Positions 8,577 to 18,103 of a stretch of 62,394 nt of DNA are shown piece by piece. The notes under the pieces were generated by a model. The model saw only the letters and a program-made list of their open reading frames with translations. It ran no database searches and was not told where the DNA came from. This DNA comes from a virus (lineage: Duplodnaviria > Caudoviricetes): positions 1-62,394 of the IMG/VR virus record IMGVR_UViG_3300036805_000178; one strand, written 5' to 3'. Position 1 is the first letter of the stretch; each line of letters opens with the position of its first letter. The position numbers and the translations under genes were made by a program.

Positions 8577-9080
8577 GTGCCTGAGAAAAACTGGGTCCGG
8601 CTGGGAAAGCTCCTGGTGCGACAGCGCATCGAGCTTGATCCCCGCTACGTCAACCGCCAGCTCTTCGCTAACGAGCGGTGCATCGGCTACCGCACAGTCG
8701 GTGACATCGAGCGCGGGCGGCGGTCAAACTACGAGGAAGCCACCATCGCAGCCGTAGAGACTGCCTACGCCGTTACGCCCGGCTCGGTAGCCGGTGCCCT
8801 GGCTGGCGGCGAACTCACTCCCCTGCCCCCGCGCGCGGGGGCGGCAGTCCCGCGGCAGCATCCCGGCGAGGACCCCGTTCCCGGCTGGTTCCCCGAGGTC
8901 AGCCAGGTCGCCCGGCGCCTCTTCCCGCGCGATCGCGCGAAGCAGCTGCTGTGGTCGATGGAGACGGAACCCGAAGAGGTGCGCTCGCGGCTGATCGAGG
9001 CGCTGGACGAGATCCGCGGCGGCGACTCCGGGGACAATCCGGGTGAGCCGGGCACGTCGGGTGAGCGGGGAATCGCCTGA
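8577..9080 (+). CDS. Putative immunity repressor (HTH)
   Basis: WVRLGKLLVRQRIEL...YRTVGDIERGRRSNY...TPGSV, actinophage repressor-like; divergent from cro. Confidence 0.75.
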   Translation: MPEKNWVRLGKLLVRQRIELDPRYVNRQLFANERCIGYRTVGDIERGRRSNYEEATIAAVETAYAVTPGSVAGALAGGELTPLPPRAGAAVPRQHPGEDPVPGWFPEVSQVARRLFPRDRAKQLLWSMETEPEEVRSRLIEALDEIRGGDSGDNPGEPGTSGERGIA

Positions 9081-9264
9081 CCGCCGCCCGCCGTGCTTTC
9101 CCCCGGGCCCGGAAACCGGGCCTTTACCCGGGTTCGCGTTACCAGTGCATAACTGTCCGCTTAACTGGTAGACATGGACTGTACGGCCACCACCGTACAG
9201 ATCAGGGTCGCGCAACAGGACCATGCCCCGGGCACCCGAGCCAGGGCAAGGGGAGACAGCAGAG

Positions 9265-9567
9265 ATGACGGACACCGGAGACGTGCCGCGAGCGGAAACT
9301 TACCTGCGCGAGATCGCCAGGCGGGTGCAGGCACTGGAGCACATCGCACGGGAAGCACTCAGCGCAGCGCAGTCGCCGGGCGCGTCCCGCGAACCGGGGC
9401 TTGTCCACAACGCACTCATGGAGGCCTGCGCCGAGGCGCGGACCCTGCACCTGACGGCGGCCGTGATCAGGCAGGTGCAGGAAGACGCCCGTGCCGCGCT
9501 GCTCGCCGAGCAGGAGAAGGCGGCGAAAGGGCCGCGGCTGCGGCTGCTGAACCGGGCGGCCAGCTGA
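9265..9567 (+). CDS. Hypothetical helical protein
   Basis: GGGGAG RBS, ATG 9265. Confidence 0.55.
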   Translation: MTDTGDVPRAETYLREIARRVQALEHIAREALSAAQSPGASREPGLVHNALMEACAEARTLHLTAAVIRQVQEDARAALLAEQEKAAKGPRLRLLNRAAS

Positions 9568-9585
9568 GGCGCAGTCCCGGCATGC

Positions 9586-10362
9586 TCAGGGGACGATCCC
9601 GACAGCGGCGACGATCCTCGGCTTCCCGTTTTCCCGCACCGGGGACGGCTGCCCCCAGTTCGCGGCGTCCCGCACCCCCCACGGCTGCAGGCTCAGCCCG
9701 GCATCGGCCAGGCACCGCGCCAGCCGGGCCGGCTCATGCGCGTGCAGCTCCGCGCCGAGCGCCCGGCCGAGCCCGGCAATGAAGTTCCCGGTCCCGGAGA
9801 CTCCGGACAGGGCCAGGCAGGACCCGGGCGCCAGCAGCCGCGCGTACCCCCCGGCAACTTCCCGCAGGAGTTTCTCCGGCCACCACGGGGCAGCCATGAC
9901 GATGTGCACCCCGGCCGGGCGCGAGACCGGCAGCCCCGCCTCCCCCGCCGCCGCGACGACCCCGGCCGGGTCTGCGGGATCCGCCCGGAAAACACTGACG
10001 TCACCCGGCAGGGCTGCCGCCGCGACATCCCGGGTGCTCTCGTCGCAGCAGGAGTACCCGAACCGGCACGAGGGGCTGACGGCGGCGGCATCAGTGTGCA
10101 GCGGCACCCCCGGCGGCGGCAGGCCCGCCGCGGTGAAGACAACCGAGGCGGCGGGCGGCGCGTACCGGGACCCGGCTGCCGTCCACGCCGCGGCCCGGCG
10201 GTGGAAGTCCAGGGCACTGCCGAGCATCGCCGCCGTCCCGGGGAAGGCCCGCTCGACCTCGTAGGCGGCCGTCCGGTCGGCTGAGTACGACAGGTGCCCG
10301 CCGAGGAGCGCGTCCCGGAACCGCGCGATCCTGCCCGGGTCTCCGCCACCGCTGCCGTGCAC
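9586..10362 (-). CDS. Actinobacterial SAM-dependent methyltransferase-like protein (Methyltransf_19 type, divergent)
   Basis: ARFRDALLGGHLSYSADRTAA...FHRRAA, LAPGSCLALS. Confidence 0.7.
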   Translation of the reverse strand: MHGSGGGDPGRIARFRDALLGGHLSYSADRTAAYEVERAFPGTAAMLGSALDFHRRAAAWTAAGSRYAPPAASVVFTAAGLPPPGVPLHTDAAAVSPSCRFGYSCCDESTRDVAAAALPGDVSVFRADPADPAGVVAAAGEAGLPVSRPAGVHIVMAAPWWPEKLLREVAGGYARLLAPGSCLALSGVSGTGNFIAGLGRALGAELHAHEPARLARCLADAGLSLQPWGVRDAANWGQPSPVRENGKPRIVAAVGIVP

Positions 10363-10544
10363 GGACCGTCCTCCTGTCAGGCCAGCTCCGCGGGATCCGG
10401 GCGGCACCGCGCTTACTTAACCGAATCTGAAACCTGTGCCGCATACTCAACTCCCCGGCAGGGGTGCCGCGCAAGTACCCGGAGGTAGCGAATAGGCACC
10501 GGGGCGCACTGCCCCTCAAGATCACCGTGCGGCAGCGTAGCCGG

Positions 10545-10799
10545 ATGCCAGACTGGAGCGGAATCAGCGAGGGATCTGACCTCTGGGTTTTCGAGCAGGT
10601 GGCCCGCAAGATCGAGGAAGCGATTGCCTCAGGCGAGTATCCGAGCGGCATGCGCCTGCCGTCCCAGGATCGGATCGCCGCTGAGGCCGGGGTCTCTAAG
10701 CACACGGCGAGCCGCGCTGTGGCGCTGCTGCGGAAACGCGGAATCGTCCGCACTAGGCCAGGACTTGGCAGTTTTATTGCCGAACGGGAAAGCGAATAA
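10545..10799 (+). CDS. GntR-family wHTH regulator
   Basis: FEQVARKIEEAIASGEYPSGMRLPS...GVSKHTASRAVALL...RPGLGSFI. Confidence 0.9.
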   Translation: MPDWSGISEGSDLWVFEQVARKIEEAIASGEYPSGMRLPSQDRIAAEAGVSKHTASRAVALLRKRGIVRTRPGLGSFIAERESE

Positions 10800-10902
10800 C
10801 GACTGTCTTCCTGTGCGTAGAATGGAACATAGCGGCCACGGGAGTCGGTAGGACGGCATCCCGTGACCTGACCCTCAACCTGACTTACCAGGAGTGAGAG
10901 CT

Positions 10903-11487
10903 ATGACCAAGACTAGCGCCGGCGACCGCACCGCCCTGTACAGGTTCTATGCCAGCGATGACGCGCTGCTGTACGTGGGTATCACCGAACGGCTCAGCCT
11001 GCGGTGGGAGGAACACGCCAGGGCGCAGACGTGGTGGCCGCAGGTTGATCACCAGACTGTGCAGTGGCTCCCCTCGCGCGAAAGAGCGTTTTCCGCCGAG
11101 AAAGATGCCATCGCTGCCGAGAATCCCGCGTTCAACATCGTCGGCGCTGCCCGTAAGGGATGCGTCCGCGATGAGAGAACCGGCTTCTATGTCGCCCCTA
11201 AGCGCGTTCCGCGTTTCCGCCCCCAGCACTACGACGTACTTCCTCTCATGTACCACGGCGACGGCTTGCAGTGGCCGCACGAGCGCGTGGCCCGCAAGAT
11301 CGAGGGGGCGATCATCTCGGGAGAGTTCCCGCCCGGCTCAAAGCTGCCGTCTCAGAGGCACATGGCAGACGAGGCGGGCGTGTCCGAGCACACCGTCAGC
11401 GCTGCCGTGAAGCTCCTCGCGGCCAGGGGCACCTTGTATACGCGGAGCAGGCTCGGAACGTTCGTTGCTGGGCGCGCAAGCGGGTAA
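10903..11487 (+). CDS. GIY-YIG-like domain fused to GntR wHTH
   Basis: ALYRFY...LLYVGIT...RWEEH...E...I...P.FN followed by ERVARKIEGAIISGEFPPGSKLPS. Confidence 0.85.
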   Translation: MTKTSAGDRTALYRFYASDDALLYVGITERLSLRWEEHARAQTWWPQVDHQTVQWLPSRERAFSAEKDAIAAENPAFNIVGAARKGCVRDERTGFYVAPKRVPRFRPQHYDVLPLMYHGDGLQWPHERVARKIEGAIISGEFPPGSKLPSQRHMADEAGVSEHTVSAAVKLLAARGTLYTRSRLGTFVAGRASG

Positions 11488-11523
11488 CGAGACGCGGGCA
11501 CGCGGTGCACCCCGCGCCGGTGC

Positions 11524-11820
11524 TCAGAACTGCCTCACGGTGAGCTCGTACCCGGGCAGTTTCCGGCCCTCCCGGAACGCCAGCGTCACCGCCCGCTCGG
11601 CGTCTTCCTCCCCGGTGATGATGTGCATGACGACCCGGTAGCCCTCCTCGGGCACCATCACCATGACCTCGACCGGCCGGGCGCCGTCGGGGGGCGGGAC
11701 GGGGAACATCATGTCCTGCGCCGCGATCTCGTCCCACGGCTGCGCGGCGGTCAGCGGCAGGTGGTCCATGCGGTCACGGTAGGCGGCACCACCGACATTT
11801 CCGGGTTTGAATGTATCCAT
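11524..11820 (-). CDS. Hypothetical protein
   Basis: ATG start, plausible composition. Confidence 0.55.
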   Translation of the reverse strand: MDTFKPGNVGGAAYRDRMDHLPLTAAQPWDEIAAQDMMFPVPPPDGARPVEVMVMVPEEGYRVVMHIITGEEDAERAVTLAFREGRKLPGYELTVRQF

Positions 11821-11872
11821 CCTGTATTCAGTGTGATATCGTCACGATGACAACAGGGAAGAAGTGAAAAGC

Positions 11873-12436
11873 ATGAGAAAGTCAGTCAAGATCGCAGGCG
11901 CCGCCGCCGGCGGCATCGTCACACTCGGCATCATCGGCGCAGTGGTGGGAGGCAGCGGATCAAACAGCCCCGCGGGCCCGGCTAGCCGCCCGGCCGTCGC
12001 TGCCACGCAGTACACCACGTTCTCCCCGGACGGAGCGCAGACCTCCAACAGCCCCGGTACTGCCGCTGCGGCCCCGCCGGCAACCACGGCCCCGCCGGCT
12101 CCGGCAGCGAGCACCGCCCCGGCGATGACCGGCAGCCAGCAGCAGGCCGTCGACGCCGCGCAGAGCTACCTGTCCCTGGGCTCGGGGTTCAGCAAGCAGG
12201 GGCTGATCGGCCAGCTCACGTCCAGCGCCGGCAACGGTTTCCAGCAGGCCGATGCCGAGTTTGCGGTCAGCTACCTGCACCCGGACTGGAACGCCCAGGC
12301 GGTGCAGGCCGCCAAGGGATATCTGGCCCTGGGCACGGGATTCAGCCGCAGCTCGCTGATCGACCAGCTGACCTCACCCTACGGCGGTCAGTTCACCGAA
12401 GCACAAGCCGAGTATGCCGTCGACAAGACGATGTAA
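11873..12436 (+). CDS. ltp: Ltp-family surface protein (putative superinfection exclusion)
   Basis: N-terminal TM segment and two Ltp repeats: AQSYL...FSKQGLIGQL...F...AEFAV and AKGYL...FSRSSLIDQL...FTEAQAEYAV. Confidence 0.85.
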   Translation: MRKSVKIAGAAAGGIVTLGIIGAVVGGSGSNSPAGPASRPAVAATQYTTFSPDGAQTSNSPGTAAAAPPATTAPPAPAASTAPAMTGSQQQAVDAAQSYLSLGSGFSKQGLIGQLTSSAGNGFQQADAEFAVSYLHPDWNAQAVQAAKGYLALGTGFSRSSLIDQLTSPYGGQFTEAQAEYAVDKTM

Positions 12437-12541
12437 CACCGAGCAGGACACCACCGAAGGAGACAGCATGACCACGGACACCGCAGTAATCACCACGCCG
12501 CAGAACCCGCCGGCCGTCCTGCCGGCGCGGGAGGCGGCCTG

Positions 12542-12724
12542 ATGCCCCCCACGAGCCGCAACGTGCTGCTCGGCGTCCGCGTGCCGCCGGAGCTGAAGGA
12601 CGCCGTCCAGGCGTACGCGGACGCCCAGGGAATCTCACTCGCCGCCGCCGTGAACATCCTGCTGCGCCAGGCGCTGGGCGAATTCAGCCCCGCGGGCAGC
12701 ACGAAAGGTACAGGAAAACAGTGA
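12542..12724 (+). CDS. RHH/Arc-like regulator
   Basis: LGVRVPPELKDAVQAYADAQGISLAAAVNILLRQAL. Confidence 0.8.
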   Translation: MPPTSRNVLLGVRVPPELKDAVQAYADAQGISLAAAVNILLRQALGEFSPAGSTKGTGKQ

Positions 12725-13317
12725 AACGCACACGCATCCTCGCGGGCGCCGGCGCCGCAGTCACCGCCGCCGCAGCCCTCGCCGCGTGCAGCTCAGCCGG
12801 CACCGCGCGGCCTGCCGCCGCTACGGGCACGCCGGCCGCCGCGGTCGCACCGCCCGCCGCAACCGCGCCCGCCGCGGTTGCCGCCGTCCCCGGCACCAGC
12901 AATAACAAGTACGTCGCGGGGCCGTTCACCGTCACCCTCAAGGGCATCGAGCCGCTCCCGGCCGCGGACGACCTGACCAGCACAGCGGGAAACCCGGTCC
13001 CCGAAAGCTGCGCCGAGGTCACCGTCAAGAACACGTCCAACAGCTTCACCGGCTGGGCCGCACCGCACGTCGAGTTTGTGCGCGGTCACAGCATCAAGGG
13101 ACAGGTCCTTGAGACCGACCCCGCCGGCCCGCCCGTTGGCAGCGGCATGAACAGTACCGACAGCGACACCCTCGCCCCCGGTCAGTCCCAGGTCCTGTAC
13201 TCGTGCCCGCAGAACATCCCTGCCGGCACGTACGTCGAGGCGCAGCTGACCGAGGTCGACTACGGGGCACCCAACGTCGGCACCGCCAGCGGAGCCCGCA
13301 TCCAGCTGAAGTACTAG
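12721..13317 (+). CDS. Lipoprotein with beta-rich (Ig-like) domain
   Basis: Signal peptide with lipobox LAAC; AEVTVKNTS, TLAPGQS. Confidence 0.75.
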   Translation: MKRTRILAGAGAAVTAAAALAACSSAGTARPAAATGTPAAAVAPPAATAPAAVAAVPGTSNNKYVAGPFTVTLKGIEPLPAADDLTSTAGNPVPESCAEVTVKNTSNSFTGWAAPHVEFVRGHSIKGQVLETDPAGPPVGSGMNSTDSDTLAPGQSQVLYSCPQNIPAGTYVEAQLTEVDYGAPNVGTASGARIQLKY

Positions 13318-14075
13318 GCGGCCGACTCTGCCCCGCACTTGCAGTCGCTCTCGTAATGCCAGCACGGCACGCACACTGCCTCGACGTTGGCCATGAACGT
13401 GTCCAGGTACGGTGCGTCGCTGAGGACCTTGGTGATGTAGGCGACCAGGTCGCGTGCCGGTTTCTTCGGGTTCCCGTACTTGAAGTACAGGCCGAGCACC
13501 TCGCCGTCGGTGAGGTCGTCCGCTTCCTGCTGGCCGTGAATCCTGGCGACCGCTTCGCGAACTTCCGCGATCACTTCATCGGTAGTCCGTTTCGCGCGCG
13601 AGCCGGAGGCTTGCGCCCGTCGGGAGGCCAACTCTTGAGCCATCTCTTGATCTTCAACGTCTTCGGTGACTGTCTTAAGTTTTTTAGCGCCTGATTCACC
13701 GACGCCGGGACTACCGGCGCCTGGAAATCCGTCCTCGGTGGTTATCGGCGCCTCTGACCCGGCCTCCGTCTGCGGCTTGTCGTGAACCGTCACCGTCGTG
13801 TGCCAGTGACCCCGCAAGTCCTGATGCTTCCGCTTGGTCACGTACCCGAGGCTGATCAGCTCGTTGAGCGCGGTGCGGACGGCATCCCGGCCCTCGGGAT
13901 TGTCCTTGGCGAGGTCGGTCGTGGTGACGCGCCATCCCGGCGGAAGGCTGAGCAGGTGGTGGTGCAGGCCGCGCGCCCGGAAGCTGATCCGGGTGTCACG
14001 CGCCTCGGCGTTGCCGATGATCAAAAACTGCTGAGCGTGCCTGCTGCGCTCGATAACGATGCCGTCGTTGGCCAC
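13314..14075 (-). CDS. Replication initiator-like wHTH protein
   Basis: FLIIGNAEARDTRISFRARGL...LLSLPPGW...EGRDAVRTALNELISLGYV, typical phage/ICE rep N-terminus. Confidence 0.75.
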   Translation of the reverse strand: MANDGIVIERSRHAQQFLIIGNAEARDTRISFRARGLHHHLLSLPPGWRVTTTDLAKDNPEGRDAVRTALNELISLGYVTKRKHQDLRGHWHTTVTVHDKPQTEAGSEAPITTEDGFPGAGSPGVGESGAKKLKTVTEDVEDQEMAQELASRRAQASGSRAKRTTDEVIAEVREAVARIHGQQEADDLTDGEVLGLYFKYGNPKKPARDLVAYITKVLSDAPYLDTFMANVEAVCVPCWHYESDCKCGAESAA

Positions 14076-14312
14076 GGATGCTCCGATCGACTCAGGAGCG
14101 AGACCGCAAACCGCCGATGCTTCCGCGTGCCGTATGCCATTCCGGCAGCCATCGGGTTAGCATGTACGTGGAGATCGGTTCACGGGGTCCCGCTCATAAC
14201 GGGGACTGGTCGTGCGACGGGCCGGGTGCGCAAACACCCGGCTCTCGTCGTCTCTAGACGCTACTCCCCGGACCGCTCGAAACTCTGGCCGGCGCGCGCG
14301 GGATGCTCAGGA

Positions 14313-15164
14313 CTACAGACTCCCGGCACCCTGGGCGATCATCCGGTACTCGCTCGCTACGCGCTCAATAACTGCCGAACCCGCCGCGCCGTACACGGCA
14401 AGCTCCTCCAGCTCGCCGAACAGCTTGGAGTACTCGGCCACATCATGCGGGTCTGTGATGAACATGGTCCCCGTCCGGATGCCCACGATGACCGTCCGGC
14501 GGTCGTAGACCCAGAATCCGTGCGCGGGGAACACCGTGGCAGCTTGCGACTGGGAAATGATCCCCAGCTGGACGTTCGACCGGGTAGCGATGACCTCGGC
14601 TAGGTGGCCAAGCTGGCCGGTCATTACCTCCGGTGAGCCCGCCTGCCAGCGGAGCGCGCCCTCGGTCACAATGATCCTGAATGCGCGGTCCGAGTCGAGT
14701 GCATCGCCACGTTCCATCCGCTGCGCTACGAGCGCATCCACCTCGTCAGCAGCAATGTCACCGCCCTCTGCGAAGACCAGCCGGGCGTAGTCGGGCGTCT
14801 GCAGCAGGCCGGGGATCACGGCTGGCTGGAATCCGCAGACCTCGGCGGACGCCCTCTCGATCCGGGCGAAGCGCTCCTGCATCTTCACGGTGCCCCGGGA
14901 GATAACCGTCCGGGCCGGAATGGTCTCGGGGCGCAGATCCTTGACCGCCTGCAGTAGGTCGCGGCGAACCTCGGCGCCCGCCCGGTACAGCTTGCACAGC
15001 GCCCGGATGTCGTCATCCTTCGGGAGGAAGCGCCCGGCTTCTATTCGGGAGAGCTTGGGCTGGGAGAAGCCGGCCAGCTTGGCCGCCTGCACGCCGGACA
15101 GTCCGGTCTCTTCGCGCAGGCGGCGCAAGGTACTGGCTAGCCAGTCACGGCCTTCGTCAGGCAA
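14313..15164 (-). CDS. XRE HTH + DUF5753 (Scr1-like) regulator
   Basis: LRRLREETGLSG...KLSRIEAG; IPGLLQTPDYAR; VTEGALRW. Confidence 0.9.
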   Translation of the reverse strand: MPDEGRDWLASTLRRLREETGLSGVQAAKLAGFSQPKLSRIEAGRFLPKDDDIRALCKLYRAGAEVRRDLLQAVKDLRPETIPARTVISRGTVKMQERFARIERASAEVCGFQPAVIPGLLQTPDYARLVFAEGGDIAADEVDALVAQRMERGDALDSDRAFRIIVTEGALRWQAGSPEVMTGQLGHLAEVIATRSNVQLGIISQSQAATVFPAHGFWVYDRRTVIVGIRTGTMFITDPHDVAEYSKLFGELEELAVYGAAGSAVIERVASEYRMIAQGAGSL

Positions 15165-15693
15165 CCCGCCTCCCGGCGCGGTGATGATCTTGGTAGACGC
15201 CGAACGGTATCGCAGCGCGCCAGGCGGCAGCTGCAGCGGCACGGTACCGACTGAGCCCGCTCCGTTCAAACCCGAGGTAACTGCCGCCCGGGCCGTAGTG
15301 CATGACAGCAGCGTCCAAGCCGTCACTCAGCCAGAAGTCCCCGATGCCGTCGAGCTCGGCGGGCTGCGGCTGGTCGGCCAAGTCGAGGATGCGGATGTCC
15401 TCATACGCGAGGTTGTGTGCGTAGCCCCACTCGAACTCATATCGCAGGTAGTCGCTCAGTGGTGACCGGACCACGTGCACGCGGGATGTGGTCACGCCGC
15501 GGTCGAGGTCCGCCTGCAGCACCTTGTGCCATGCAGCCTTCCGCTCCATGTCGGGGCCGCTGTCTCCGCGCAGGTACCGCTGGTAGTCGCCGCCGTCGCT
15601 GCTCACGTCATAGCGGTCGAGCGTCTCAAGGCGGAACAGGGAACGCGCGGCTCCGTCGCAGAACCTGGCGAGCGCCGCCGGGTCAGTCTGCAC
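15157..15693 (-). CDS. DUF6879-family protein
   Basis: SLFRLETLDRY, RVHVVRSPLSDYLRYE, EDIRIL, DFWL. Confidence 0.8.
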   Translation of the reverse strand: MQTDPAALARFCDGAARSLFRLETLDRYDVSSDGGDYQRYLRGDSGPDMERKAAWHKVLQADLDRGVTTSRVHVVRSPLSDYLRYEFEWGYAHNLAYEDIRILDLADQPQPAELDGIGDFWLSDGLDAAVMHYGPGGSYLGFERSGLSRYRAAAAAAWRAAIPFGVYQDHHRAGRRVA

Positions 15694-15901
15694 GGGTTGC
15701 CACCTCCGGAAGGAGCTCTGCGGGGATCTCTACGAGAACCTCGTCGTCGCCGATCGGGGCCTGAGACAAAGCCCCGAAGTCGGTCACGCGCTTGCCGACG
15801 ACGAATACCGTCCCGTAGTTGCTGGTGTAGACAGCCGGGCAGGTGCGCCCGTCCGGGCAGTCGCCGCGGGCGAGGGTGAGCTTCACTTCGGGTTCTGGCA
15901 C
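15683..15901 (-). CDS. Small CxxGxxCP protein of the DUF6879 operon
   Basis: DCPDGRTCPAVY...FVVGK...EVLVEIPAELL. Confidence 0.8.
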   Translation of the reverse strand: MPEPEVKLTLARGDCPDGRTCPAVYTSNYGTVFVVGKRVTDFGALSQAPIGDDEVLVEIPAELLPEVATRAD

Positions 15902-15910
15902 GGGGTTCTC

Positions 15911-16053
15911 CTCTGGCTATGCACCGAGTATCCGACCCCATGCCAGAGGTAGTCAACGCCATGGGTGCATAGCCAGAGTCCGCGCTGGCTGCGCGAAGAG
16001 ATTCCCACGCCTGAAGGCTAACATTTGCTATGCACCGCTGGCCGGTGCATACT
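15911..16053. promoter_or_regulatory. Divergent control region with four TATGCACC boxes and a rightward promoter
   Basis: 15-bp IR 15911-15925/15964-15978; 9-bp IR 16029-16037/16043-16051 overlapping TTGCTA-N17-CATACT. Confidence 0.7.
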
Positions 16054-16103
16054 GACGGTGATGCAGCAATCCGGAACACCGGATCGCCGGAAGGGCGGGC
16101 TCC

Positions 16104-16304
16104 ATGTACGACGCGAGGCTGGACACCCGGATCACCGCAGGTGTCGACCACCGTCTTCGCATGCTGGCGCTGGCTGACGGGGTGCCGCTTAACCGCGTGC
16201 TCGTCAGGCTGCTGGACAAGGCGCTCCCGTCCGCTGACGAACTCGCCGCCCGCCTCGCCAAGGGGCCGCGTTCCGACACCGAGCCGATGGAGGCAGCGGC
16301 ATGA
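16104..16304 (+). CDS. RHH/CopG-like protein
   Basis: LDTRITAGVDHRLRMLALADGVPLNRVLVRLLDKAL. Confidence 0.7.
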   Translation: MYDARLDTRITAGVDHRLRMLALADGVPLNRVLVRLLDKALPSADELAARLAKGPRSDTEPMEAAA

Positions 16305-16468
16305 AGCTCAACCAGACCGAGGTCTGCGGCAACTGCGGCCACATCGGCTACGCGGGCAGCGCGCACACCTGCCGCCCGCACTAACCCGGACATGAAACAG
16401 CCCGCCGCGGTCTCAGCCACCGCGACGGGCTACGGAACCCCTGAAACCTCAAACCACCAGGAGCCCAG

Positions 16469-16768
16469 ATGCTGACCCTAACCCAACCAGCCACGACGGC
16501 AGCCATGAACCTCCGCAGTGACGCAATGAAGTTCTACGCGACGGGCAGCACGGCCGAGAGCCTGCGGGCCCGCGCCGGGAACCGGGTCGTCGTCCGGGCG
16601 CTCGCCGCCGCCGCGATGGTGTCCCCGGACGCCATGCGGGACACCGTCCTCGGGCTCGCTGACGGCATTGACGCGATCACCGCCGAAGGGCTGACCCGGG
16701 AGCAGTGCTACTTCCTGGCTCACCTGGACGAGACTCTGGGCCCGTGGCCGGGTGATCTGAGTGCTTAG
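16469..16768 (+). CDS. Hypothetical protein
   Basis: AGGAG RBS, ATG. Confidence 0.65.
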   Translation: MLTLTQPATTAAMNLRSDAMKFYATGSTAESLRARAGNRVVVRALAAAAMVSPDAMRDTVLGLADGIDAITAEGLTREQCYFLAHLDETLGPWPGDLSA

Positions 16769-16927
16769 GTTCGCCTCCCCGGTCACCGACCAGGAGCTGC
16801 AGGACTTCTGCGGCGTGCTCGACTCGGCCGCCCTCGCAGACCGGGCGGCGGGCGCGGAGCCTAACGAGGACATCATGACCGCCGGGGATGCCGCTGCGGC
16901 CGAGGTCGGCACGCGAAGGGGGCGACG

Positions 16928-17191
16928 GTGAAACTCCCCGAGGTCCCTTTGCCCGAGCCGGTCTTCATGATCACCCTGCACGACGGCAGTCCTGCGGTGC
17001 GCCGGATGCTGGCGGCGGCCCTCCGGTTCCTGCTGTGGATGGTCCCGTCGTGCGCCGCGGACTACACACTGGCGACCGCTGACGGCGGCCGTCATGCGCT
17101 GTGGCTGACCCTGGCCGCCGCCTTCACCGTGCTCGCGGCCGCTGTCCTGCTGGTCAACGTGGACGATGACAGCGACGGGGGGAAGCCGTGA
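16928..17191 (+). CDS. Small membrane protein
   Basis: Two hydrophobic segments. Confidence 0.6.
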   Translation: MKLPEVPLPEPVFMITLHDGSPAVRRMLAAALRFLLWMVPSCAADYTLATADGGRHALWLTLAAAFTVLAAAVLLVNVDDDSDGGKP

Positions 17192-17646
17192 GCCTCGTTC
17201 ATTCCCGCCGGTCCAACCCGCATCAGCTTGAGTGGAGCGCCGGCGCCGCCGGCCCGCTGATCGAGGCTGAGGACCGGATCGCCCTGACGTGGAAGGACCG
17301 GGGGCTGTGCGCCGAGGTCGGCCCGGACCTGTTCTTCCCGGAACGGGGAGACAATGTCGCCCGCGCCCGGTTGATCTGCCGCAGGTGCGAGGTCCGTGTT
17401 CAGTGCGTGTCGTACGCGCTGGGCAACGGGGAGCCGTGGGGTATCTGGGGCGGCCTGACCGAACGGGAACTGCGCGCTGAACGGGGCGCCCGCGAGGCCG
17501 GCGTAGTGCGGGCGCCCGCTGACATCCTCGCCGAGGCCGACGCCCGTTACCTCAAGCGCCGCGACCGTGCGGCACGGCAGCGCGACGCCCGGTACGCGGC
17601 TGAGCGGGCCGCCCGGGCCGGGAAGGCAAGGGGGCTGGCGGCGTGA
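17188..17646 (+). CDS. whiB: WhiB-family Fe-S transcription factor
   Basis: WKDRGLC...PDLFFP...ICRRCEVRVQC...GIWGGLTERE. Confidence 0.95.
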   Translation: MSLVHSRRSNPHQLEWSAGAAGPLIEAEDRIALTWKDRGLCAEVGPDLFFPERGDNVARARLICRRCEVRVQCVSYALGNGEPWGIWGGLTERELRAERGAREAGVVRAPADILAEADARYLKRRDRAARQRDARYAAERAARAGKARGLAA

Positions 17647-17885
17647 GCGAGTCAGTGCGCGAGCCGGAAGAAGTCGTGATGCCGCCCCGTGATGCCCGGT
17701 TCCTGAGTGCGGGCCTTGCCGGCGGGTTCGGCTTCGCCCTGCTCCTGACAACCTTCTTCAGTCCCGGCCCGAGCATCTGGGGCACCCTCGCCGCAGCGGC
17801 CGTGTCCGGCGTGATCATGCTCGCCGGCTTCCTCGTCTTCATCATCGCCCGCCAGACCCCGCCCGTCCCGGAGGAGCGTTCCTGA
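17643..17885 (+). CDS. Small two-TM membrane protein
   Basis: Two hydrophobic helices, coupled overlaps. Confidence 0.65.
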   Translation: MSESVREPEEVVMPPRDARFLSAGLAGGFGFALLLTTFFSPGPSIWGTLAAAAVSGVIMLAGFLVFIIARQTPPVPEERS

Positions 17886-18103
17886 TGACCGCCCGCGCCC
17901 TTGACCTCGAGGTGCTCCGCAACGGGAGACCTGCGGACACGTTCCGTGCCCACGGCGATCCCGAGGATGTCACCTGGCTTCAGGGGCGCTTGACTGGCTG
18001 GCTCGGGGCCCGCAAGTGGGACCGGGGACTGTGGGGCGGATTCGAGATCGTGGCGCGCGAGTCCGGGAAGTCACGGCAGCTCGCGAAGGTGAGGGCCGAG
18101 TAG
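17885..18103 (+). CDS. Hypothetical protein
   Basis: GGAG RBS, TGATG overlap. Confidence 0.6.
   Translation: MTARALDLEVLRNGRPADTFRAHGDPEDVTWLQGRLTGWLGARKWDRGLWGGFEIVARESGKSRQLAKVRAE

Noticed and set aside
9100-9200. Several hairpins after the repressor gene as a possible ncRNA
   Set aside because: Adequately explained as a terminator plus promoter/operator; no recognisable RNA family
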